Shown piece after piece: positions 26,269 to 32,000 of a stretch of DNA of 32,000 nucleotides. The position numbers were made by a program, and so were the translations under genes. Source of the stretch: Candidatus Woesearchaeota archaeon (lineage in GTDB: Archaea > Nanobdellota > Nanobdellia > Nanobdellales > CAZNIQ01); NCBI GenBank assembly GCA_964573185.1, contig CAZNIQ010000003.1, positions 4,595-36,594 on the forward strand, in the 5' to 3' direction. Below the pieces are notes generated by a model. It did no database searches, had not been told where the DNA came from, and saw only the letters and a program-made list of their open reading frames with translations. Position 1 is the first letter of the stretch, and every line of letters starts with the position of its first letter.

Positions 26269-26697
26269 ATGCCTAATGGTCTCTTTGCTGGGAGGAAGTT
26301 AAGAAAAAACAGGAAGAAATTCAGATGGGCCAAAAAAGAATATAGAAGAAGGATGCTTAGATTAAAAGAAAAATATGATCCATTAGAAGGTGCCCCCATG
26401 GCTTCTGGTATTGTATTAGAGAAAGTAACTGTTGAAAGAAGACAGCCAAACTCCGGATTGATTAAATGTGTTAAAGTTCAATTAAAGAAAAATGGAAAGA
26501 TAGTAACAGCTTTTGCACCTGGTGATAAGGCTATAAAATATATAGATGAACACGATGAAGTTTTAATTGTAGGTATTGGAGGAAGAAAAGGAAGATCCTT
26601 AGGTGATATTCCCGGAGTAAGATATAAAGTTGTACTTGTTAATGGGCAGCCATTAGAATTGTTAAGAAAAGGAAAGATAGAAAAAGCAAGAAGATAA
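26269..26697 (+). CDS. rps12: 30S ribosomal protein S12 (uS12)
   Basis: 142 aa with [13 protein letters not shown] and [11 protein letters not shown]. Confidence 0.95.
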   Translation: MPNGLFAGRKLRKNRKKFRWAKKEYRRRMLRLKEKYDPLEGAPMASGIVLEKVTVERRQPNSGLIKCVKVQLKKNGKIVTAFAPGDKAIKYIDEHDEVLIVGIGGRKGRSLGDIPGVRYKVVLVNGQPLELLRKGKIEKARR

Positions 26698-26699
26698 AA

Positions 26700-27134
26700 T
26701 TATCTTATCGGTACCCTCTTTTTTCTATATTTCGCTTCTTCCTTTTTACCAATTCTAATTATTAACACACCATCCCTGTATTCTGCATCAATCTTTTCAG
26801 GATCAGCATCTGGCGGTAATGGGATAAATCTTTGATAACCAACATAAACTCTTTCTCTCCTAATCCATCCTTCTCCTTTTTCTTCCTTTACACCTCTTCT
26901 TACTGCTCTTATCTCTATCCCCTCCGGAGAAACGTATAGTTGTATATCTTCTTTTCTAACACCAGGTAAATCCAATTCTATAACATAATAATCTCCTTCA
27001 TCTCTAATATCCATTAGAGGTTCTATCATTTCTCTTTCCAATGGAATCCTCATTCTTTCTAGCATTCTGCGCGTTTCTTCTAATGTTCTCATTACGGACC
27101 TTTCAATTATTTTGAAGATGTCGTCGATGTACAT
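26700..27134 (-). CDS. Small heat shock protein (Hsp20/alpha-crystallin family)
   Basis: 144 aa with the alpha-crystallin domain MDIRDEGDYYVIELDLPGVRKEDIQLYV...AEYRDGVLIIRI. Confidence 0.9.
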   Translation of the reverse strand: MYIDDIFKIIERSVMRTLEETRRMLERMRIPLEREMIEPLMDIRDEGDYYVIELDLPGVRKEDIQLYVSPEGIEIRAVRRGVKEEKGEGWIRRERVYVGYQRFIPLPPDADPEKIDAEYRDGVLIIRIGKKEEAKYRKKRVPIR

Positions 27135-27140
27135 AATTTT

Positions 27141-27148
27141 TATTTAAA
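27141..27148 (+). promoter_or_regulatory. Putative TATA box for ogt
   Basis: tatttaaa is centred about 26 nt upstream of the ATG at 27171. It lies next to the hsp20 start codon. Confidence 0.35.
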
Positions 27149-27155
27149 TTCTTTC

Positions 27156-27163
27156 TTTAAAAA
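27156..27163 (-). promoter_or_regulatory. Putative TATA box for hsp20
   Basis: The minus strand reads tttttaaa, centred about 25 nt upstream of the ATG at 27134. It is interleaved with the ogt TATA box. Confidence 0.35.
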
Positions 27164-27170
27164 CCTTTGA

Positions 27171-27683
27171 ATGATAACAATATATATTTACAGATTTGCA
27201 GAAGCTTGGATAGGGATAGCTATTAGAAACAACAAAATTGTTGCAATATCCTTTACTTTTGAAGATAAAGAAAAATTAATTAAAAATATTGAAAGAATTC
27301 TAAAAATAAGAAAAATAAAAGATGAAATAGAAATCAAAGAAGAGAAACACCCATGGCTTTCCTTGATTTATAAAATATTTAAAGGAAAAGAAAATCCACA
27401 AAAGATATATCCGTATTTGGATGTTAATATTTTGTCTGATTACGAAAAAGTCGTTTTAAGGAAACTTTGGGAAATACCTTATGGTTCTACAAGAACTTAT
27501 GAGGAAATAGCTTTAGAATTGAAGATGCACCCTAGGTTGATCGGAAGAATTCTTTCCAGGAATCCTTTTGAAATAGTTTTTCCATGTCACAGAGTCGTTT
27601 CTAAAAGAGGGATAGGCGGATTTAGAGGGGGTTACGATGACGATAAGAAAAAGATTTTAGAGTTTGAGAAGAAGAATAAATAA
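27171..27683 (+). CDS. ogt: Methylated-DNA--protein-cysteine methyltransferase (Ogt/MGMT)
   Basis: 170 aa with the active-site PCHRVV and the HTH region TYEEIALELKMHPRLIGRILSRNP. Confidence 0.9.
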   Translation: MITIYIYRFAEAWIGIAIRNNKIVAISFTFEDKEKLIKNIERILKIRKIKDEIEIKEEKHPWLSLIYKIFKGKENPQKIYPYLDVNILSDYEKVVLRKLWEIPYGSTRTYEEIALELKMHPRLIGRILSRNPFEIVFPCHRVVSKRGIGGFRGGYDDDKKKILEFEKKNK

Positions 27684-28075
27684 TGGAGTACCCTCATCTA
27701 GTAATAGTTACCTTGAATAGGGGGAAAAAGAAAGAAGAAACCATTGGAACTTTCTTCCCATACACCTATCTCTTGGTTTTAGAAGCTTTGGAATATAACA
27801 GAAAAATATATCTTCAAAGATTGGAAGAAGAACTAGATTTCGCATTGATTGGGTTATCTAATGATAATTCTGCATTAAGACTGGAAATTCAAGCAGTTCC
27901 CATGAGCTCCGCTGTATTATATATTCTTGCAAGATCTTTGCTAATAGATGAGAATGGGAAAGAAGAGGAAAATACGAATGAGTTAATAAAACTCTTAAAG
28001 TACCACCCAACCATATTACATTTGTATAACTTAGGAGGATTGCTATCCAAACCATACAAAGAATACATAACATGA
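27683..28075 (+). CDS. Hypothetical protein (130 aa), coupled on both sides (TAATG and ATGA overlaps)
   Basis: The ORF is wedged between ogt and the deacetylase with 1-nt and 4-nt overlaps. It has no recognised motif. Confidence 0.5.
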   Translation: MEYPHLVIVTLNRGKKKEETIGTFFPYTYLLVLEALEYNRKIYLQRLEEELDFALIGLSNDNSALRLEIQAVPMSSAVLYILARSLLIDENGKEEENTNELIKLLKYHPTILHLYNLGGLLSKPYKEYIT

Positions 28076-28947
28076 TAGCGTTTTTTCACAAATATTTTTT
28101 GTTTCATAAAGCAGAACATATAGAGAGGCCTGCAAGAGCTTTAGCAGCATATAAAGCTTTAAAAGAAAGTAATGTAAAGATAATTAAACCAAAGTTACTT
28201 GAAGAAGGAAAGGTAAAAGAATATCTCTATTTAATTCATGATAAAAATTATGTTGATAAGATTTGGGATCTGTTAAATAAAAGAAAGGAAATCTGGTTGG
28301 ATTCAGATACATATATTTCTCCTAGAACAAAAGAAAGCATAATTGCATCAGTTTCTTCAGTAGTTCAAGCGGTAGAATTATTAAAAGACGAGGATAAAAT
28401 TATTATTTTAAATAGACCTCCTGGACATCATAGCGGATATCACGGACTGGCAAATGGCACATTAGGTTTCTGCATTTTTAATTTCGCAGCTTTAGCAGCT
28501 GTTTTGCTTGGAAAAGCTATTATATTGGATATAGATCTTCATCATGGTAACGGAACAGAAGATATAATTAGAGGTAAAGGAGGTTTGTACTATATCTCAA
28601 CACATGCTAAAGGAATTTATCCGGGAACAGGATACGAGTCTTATGAAAATATATACAATTTCCCATTAGAATGGTACACTTCTGATGAAGAATACATTAA
28701 TATTTTTAATAGAATAAAAGAAACAATTGAAGATTTGAACATAGAAAATATTGTTGTTTCTTTAGGTTGGGATGCTCATAAAAAAGATCCTTTATCCGTA
28801 TTAAACCTAACTCTAAAATCCTATAAGTATGTATTTGAATTTCTTAAACCATATAAAGTTATTTTTATTTTAGAGGGAGGATATAATTTAAGGGTGATCT
28901 ATAAAGGATATAAACTATTAGCTAAGGTTTTTGCAAAAAATGTTTAA
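28072..28947 (+). CDS. Histone deacetylase-family (arginase/deacetylase fold) zinc amidohydrolase
   Basis: 291 aa with RPPGHH (catalytic His pair), DIDLHHGNGT and GWDAHKKDPL (Zn ligands), and EGGYN (catalytic Tyr). Confidence 0.85.
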   Translation: MIAFFHKYFLFHKAEHIERPARALAAYKALKESNVKIIKPKLLEEGKVKEYLYLIHDKNYVDKIWDLLNKRKEIWLDSDTYISPRTKESIIASVSSVVQAVELLKDEDKIIILNRPPGHHSGYHGLANGTLGFCIFNFAALAAVLLGKAIILDIDLHHGNGTEDIIRGKGGLYYISTHAKGIYPGTGYESYENIYNFPLEWYTSDEEYINIFNRIKETIEDLNIENIVVSLGWDAHKKDPLSVLNLTLKSYKYVFEFLKPYKVIFILEGGYNLRVIYKGYKLLAKVFAKNV

Positions 28948-29184
28948 AGTACCACCATTATATACAATTTTTATTTTGTTGTAACTCTTGTTTAGAATTA
29001 TATTTGTTGAGGTAGTAATGTCAAAATCTCGATTATTTATTTTTATACTGTCTATTCGATAAATCTTTACTATTGTTTTGTTTTCAAGCGTATAACACTC
29101 TGCTTTTACATTGGGTTTCATACTAAAGAAAAAGCTAAGTGCTAAAAGAATTATCGAGATTCCAATTAGTACTCTCCAAAGCAT
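28918..29184 (-). CDS. Small secreted or membrane-anchored protein (88 aa)
   Basis: An N-terminal hydrophobic segment MLWRVLIGISIILLALSFFFSM is followed by a beta-rich region with NKT and NKS sequons. Its 3' end overlaps the deacetylase 3' end convergently by 30 nt. Confidence 0.4.
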   Translation of the reverse strand: MLWRVLIGISIILLALSFFFSMKPNVKAECYTLENKTIVKIYRIDSIKINNRDFDITTSTNIILNKSYNKIKIVYNGGTLNIFCKNLS

Positions 29185-29213
29185 TTAAAACCTTGGATGG
29201 AAATGTTTATAAA

Positions 29214-29262
29214 TCAGCGAGGTCTCCAGTCATCAGTGTTCAGCGTTTAACAAAGTCATCAT
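29214..29262 (-). ncRNA. C/D box sRNA (2'-O-methylation guide)
   Basis: The minus strand reads AUGAUGA (C), CUUUGUUAAACG (12 nt), CUGA (D'), ACAC, UGAUGA (C'), CUGGAGACCUCG (12 nt), CUGA (D). The spacing is canonical for archaea. Confidence 0.8.
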
Positions 29263-29272
29263 TAAAAATTTT
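29262..29272 (+). promoter_or_regulatory. Putative TATA box for tRNA-Arg
   Basis: ttaaaaatttt is centred about 27 nt upstream of tRNA position 1 (29294). Confidence 0.4.
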
Positions 29273-29281
29273 GTTAGAAAA

Positions 29282-29293
29282 TAGATTTTAAAA
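29282..29293 (-). promoter_or_regulatory. Putative TATA box for the minus-strand C/D sRNA
   Basis: The minus strand reads ttttaaaatcta, centred about 26 nt upstream of the C box (29262). Confidence 0.35.
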
Positions 29294-29368
29294 GGGCCCG
29301 TAGCTCAGCTTGGATAGAGCGCCGGGCTCCTAACCCGGAGGTCCCGGGTTCAAATCCCGGCGGGCCCG
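29294..29368 (+). tRNA. tRNA-Arg (anticodon CCU), CCA not encoded
   Basis: The cloverleaf folds by hand. Acceptor stem GGGCCCG/CGGGCCC, D arm GCTC/GAGC, anticodon stem CCGGG/CCCGG with loop CTCCTAA, T arm CCGGG-TTCAAAT-CCCGG, and discriminator G. It is very GC-rich against an AT-rich background. Confidence 0.95.
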
Positions 29369-29404
29369 GGTTTCATTTAAATATGTTTCCTAAAACAAAC
29401 GTAA

Positions 29405-30637
29405 ATGTACTGGGTGCTTCTACTAGTTTTCCTTTATCTTTTATTGCTATTCATAAAAGGTCCCTATTATACAATACAGATTCCAGCAGTAATAAATAAT
29501 ACCGGTATCTTATCTACATTCAAGCTAACAGATTCCTTTGGTAATGGAAAGCTGTATGTTTCAAATACACCATTTAAAGATTATTTAACACAGCTATCTT
29601 TTGAATTTTCCAGATTAGCTTTTTGCTCTTTATTTAATTGTTACAACAAAAACTATTATTTAACAATTGATACCACTACTCTATTTATTGAAGGTCCTTC
29701 TGCTTCTGCGGGTGTCTTTATTTTGTTATCCTCAACAGTCCTAGGATTTCCGAAAGAAATACCAATTACGGGATTCTTAATTCCGAACGGCATAATTCTT
29801 CCTGTTGGAGGCATAAAACAAAAAGTAGAAGCATCAAAAGGCAATATAGTTATCCCATATCTAGAAGATTACGATAAAGGTGTAAAAGCTATGAATATAT
29901 TTGATTTATTAAGAATTTATTTTAACTATGAGCCTAAGGAAAAGAAATATAATTTAAAGAAATATAAAGAAATTATTGAAAAGATAGCGGAAGATATATG
30001 CTCCTATGCAAATGATTCTAAAGCTCTATATTATTTATCTAAAGGTCATTATTATACTGCAGCAAGTTTGTGCTTCTCAGATGTTGTAAAAAATATAAAT
30101 AAAACTGTTAACAAAACAGAAATAATAAACTTTATTAGGAAAGTAGAAAAAATAAAATGTAGAAATTATATTTGTGAAGAAATAAAATACAACGTTTTAG
30201 ATAGAGCATATGAAGCTTTGAATTCTAATGGAACTTATGCTTATTGGAGATTTTATACAGCAAAACAGTGGCTTCAATTTATCAATCTAACTTCAGATAG
30301 GAAACCTAACTGCAGATTTTATAAAGACTTATTTAATATAATGAATTCATATTTTGCTTTAGAAACTTCACAAGAATTGAAATTAAAGAATTATACATGT
30401 ATAGGATATAAGATTTCTACCTTACCAGCTTTCTTAGTATTGGAATACAAATATGGAGCAAACGCTACAAAGCTATTATACGTTTTATGGAACACCACTG
30501 AAGATTATCTTAAATATAAAGGCTTTTCAGTTGCAGCCTATAATTATTTGCAGTACTCAAAAGATCTTTATAAGATGAATGATACGAAATCAGCAATATA
30601 CTATGCAACTTTAGCTCTTTTATATGCTATGACTTAA
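29405..30637 (+). CDS. Membrane-anchored Lon-like (S16 family) serine protease domain without an ATPase, plus a Cys- and sequon-rich C-terminal domain
   Basis: 410 aa. After an N-terminal TM helix, the Lon proteolytic signatures IEGPSASAGV (Ser) and LPVGGIKQKVEAS (Lys) are present. The C-terminal 230 aa or so carry at least 9 N-x-S/T sequons and multiple Cys. Confidence 0.65.
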   Translation: MYWVLLLVFLYLLLLFIKGPYYTIQIPAVINNTGILSTFKLTDSFGNGKLYVSNTPFKDYLTQLSFEFSRLAFCSLFNCYNKNYYLTIDTTTLFIEGPSASAGVFILLSSTVLGFPKEIPITGFLIPNGIILPVGGIKQKVEASKGNIVIPYLEDYDKGVKAMNIFDLLRIYFNYEPKEKKYNLKKYKEIIEKIAEDICSYANDSKALYYLSKGHYYTAASLCFSDVVKNINKTVNKTEIINFIRKVEKIKCRNYICEEIKYNVLDRAYEALNSNGTYAYWRFYTAKQWLQFINLTSDRKPNCRFYKDLFNIMNSYFALETSQELKLKNYTCIGYKISTLPAFLVLEYKYGANATKLLYVLWNTTEDYLKYKGFSVAAYNYLQYSKDLYKMNDTKSAIYYATLALLYAMT

Positions 30638-30645
30638 TTTTTCCT

Positions 30646-31833
30646 ATGTATAAAGTATTGGTTACTACAAATAGAGGATTTGAAGATATTACAAAAGAAG
30701 AAATAAAGGAAATACTTGGAGTAGATGCAAAAGAAAGACCTTTCGGTATTTTAGGAAGAGTTATATTTGAAATAAAGGATCCATTAAAAGTTGCAGAATT
30801 TACTTATGTTACAAAAACTTCCAATAGGGTTATTTTAATGTTAAAGCATTTTAAAACGAAAAGAACAAAGGAAGGTTTGGATATTATTTATAAAGAAGCT
30901 AAGGATATTGATTGGTCAGAATGGCTAGATCAAAATCAATCTTTTGCAGTGAGAACAGAGAGAATGGGGGTCCATGAGTATACTTCAATGGACGTTAATG
31001 CTGTTGTAGGACAAGCAATTATAGATTCTATAAAAGAAAGTAAAGGGTATAGGCAGAAAGTAGATTTGGAAGCACCTGATGTTATTATAAGAGTAGATGT
31101 AATTGGAGATGATGTATTTATTGGGATAGATTTTGTAGGTCCTGATTCTTTATTGAAAAGAGGATATAAAGTATTTAATCATCCCGCAGGTTTAAAAACA
31201 ACTATTGCAAATCAAATGGTTAGATTATCCAAGTGGAATAAAGATAAAGTTCTTTTAGATCCAATGTGTGGAAGCGGAACTATACCTATTGAAGCAGCAT
31301 TAAATGTAACAAATACTCCGGGAGCCTACTGGAGAAAAGATAATCTATACTTTACGAAGTTAAAAATATTTGAAGGAATTGATTGGGATGAATGGTTTGA
31401 AAAAATAGATGAAAGAAGAAATTTAGACGTAGAAGTAAAGGGAATATACGGTTTTGATAAAAATTTAAGATATGTAAGAGGAGCAGAAATGAATTCTATT
31501 AGAGCAGGTGTTAGGAAACTCATTAAATGGGCTAGAGTTGATTTAGAATGGTTAGATGTGAAAATGCAAGAAAAATCCGTAGATGTGATAGTTACGAATC
31601 CTCCTTATGGTGTTAAATCAGCACCTGTAGAAGAGGCGGAAAAAGCACATAAATTGTTATTTTATCAAGCGGATTGGGTATTAAATGATGATGGAATTGT
31701 TGTATTAATTTCAGCAAGGCCGGATTTCGTAGAAAGATGGGCTAAATATTACAAGTTTGAAAAAGTGCATGAGAGAACAGTATATCATGGGACCTTAGAA
31801 TGTAAAGTTTATATTTGGAAAAAATCTGGCTAA
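30646..31833 (+). CDS. THUMP-domain RNA (guanine-N2) methyltransferase, Trm14/RlmL-like (COG0116 type)
   Basis: 395 aa. An N-terminal ferredoxin-like + THUMP region is followed by a class I MTase with motif I LDPMCGSGTIPIEAA and motif IV VTNPPYG. Confidence 0.8.
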   Translation: MYKVLVTTNRGFEDITKEEIKEILGVDAKERPFGILGRVIFEIKDPLKVAEFTYVTKTSNRVILMLKHFKTKRTKEGLDIIYKEAKDIDWSEWLDQNQSFAVRTERMGVHEYTSMDVNAVVGQAIIDSIKESKGYRQKVDLEAPDVIIRVDVIGDDVFIGIDFVGPDSLLKRGYKVFNHPAGLKTTIANQMVRLSKWNKDKVLLDPMCGSGTIPIEAALNVTNTPGAYWRKDNLYFTKLKIFEGIDWDEWFEKIDERRNLDVEVKGIYGFDKNLRYVRGAEMNSIRAGVRKLIKWARVDLEWLDVKMQEKSVDVIVTNPPYGVKSAPVEEAEKAHKLLFYQADWVLNDDGIVVLISARPDFVERWAKYYKFEKVHERTVYHGTLECKVYIWKKSG

Positions 31834-32000
31834 ATTTTTCTATACTCTATTCCTAATTTCTCTAGTTTCTCGATTATCTTTTTCCTGAAATCGGATTTTG
31901 TCCCTTTCCAATCTATCAAAGCATAATCCACTTTTGGAATAGTTTTTTCTATCATTTGTTCAATTAGTTCTTCCTTGGTACAACTCATAACGTACTTTGG
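31830..32000 (-). CDS. Unknown ORF, C-terminal part or small protein (open to the window end)
   Basis: The minus-strand frame is open from base 32000: PKYVMSCTKEELIEQMIEKTIPKVDYALIDWKGTKSDFRKKIIEKLEKLGIEYRKI, ending in a stop at 31830-31832. There is an internal ATG at 31988. The stop overlaps the methyltransferase stop by 4 nt. Confidence 0.35.
   Translation of the reverse strand, partial: PKYVMSCTKEELIEQMIEKTIPKVDYALIDWKGTKSDFRKKIIEKLEKLGIEYRKI

Noticed and set aside
27858-28119. Minus-strand ORFs 27858-28073 and 27889-28119
   Set aside because: They overlap the coupled + strand ORFs 27683-28075 and 28072-28947. The + strand arrangement, with its TAATG and ATGA junctions, is far more parsimonious.
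29656-29844. 62-aa minus-strand ORF
   Set aside because: It is antisense to the Lon-like protease catalytic region.
31326-31523. 65-aa minus-strand ORF
   Set aside because: It is antisense to the THUMP methyltransferase catalytic domain.
1-32000. CRISPR arrays, IS elements or transposases, rRNA genes, toxin-antitoxin or recognisable defence systems
   Set aside because: I could see no regularly spaced direct repeats, no transposase or nuclease-ATPase defence signatures and no rRNA-like GC-rich blocks by eye. The only GC-rich islands are the tRNA and the sRNA loci.

Overview
This is a very compact, AT-rich archaeal chromosome segment of roughly 30% GC by eye. The stable RNA genes stand out as GC-rich islands, which fits a hyperthermophile. 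Almost all of the window is coding, and many neighbouring genes overlap by 1-14 nt.

The core is information-processing machinery:
- An RNA polymerase block, rpoH-rpoB''-rpoB'-rpoA'-rpoA''-rpl30e-rps12, on the + strand at 18.6-26.7 kb.
- A fusA-tuf-rps10 block on the - strand at 12.4-16.3 kb.
- Nop5, Rrp4, L18e, a type IA topoisomerase, XerA, Ogt, an sHSP, an HDAC-family deacetylase, a THUMP RNA methyltransferase and tRNA-Arg(CCU).

I found no rRNA, CRISPR array, transposase or obvious defence island.

The most interesting signals lie outside the ORF track:
1. Two textbook C/D box sRNAs (7005-7051 on +, 29214-29262 on -), plus an atypical GC-rich structured RNA fused upstream of the first.
2. 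A perfect 12-6-12 inverted repeat with dif-like architecture and sequence. It sits in the largest intergenic gap, 1.2 kb upstream of xerA, exactly at the junction where the canonical rpo/str super-operon has been broken and inverted.
3. A stand-alone Lhr C-terminal gene, which is a split helicase gene.
4. Substitutions at normally invariant RNA polymerase active-site positions (YADFDGD, RSGQKG).
5. Interleaved divergent TATA boxes about 25 nt from start codons, implying leaderless transcripts.

The split Lhr, split RpoB, operon fragmentation and compactness resemble Nanoarchaeota/DPANN-type genomes. That assignment is inference only.
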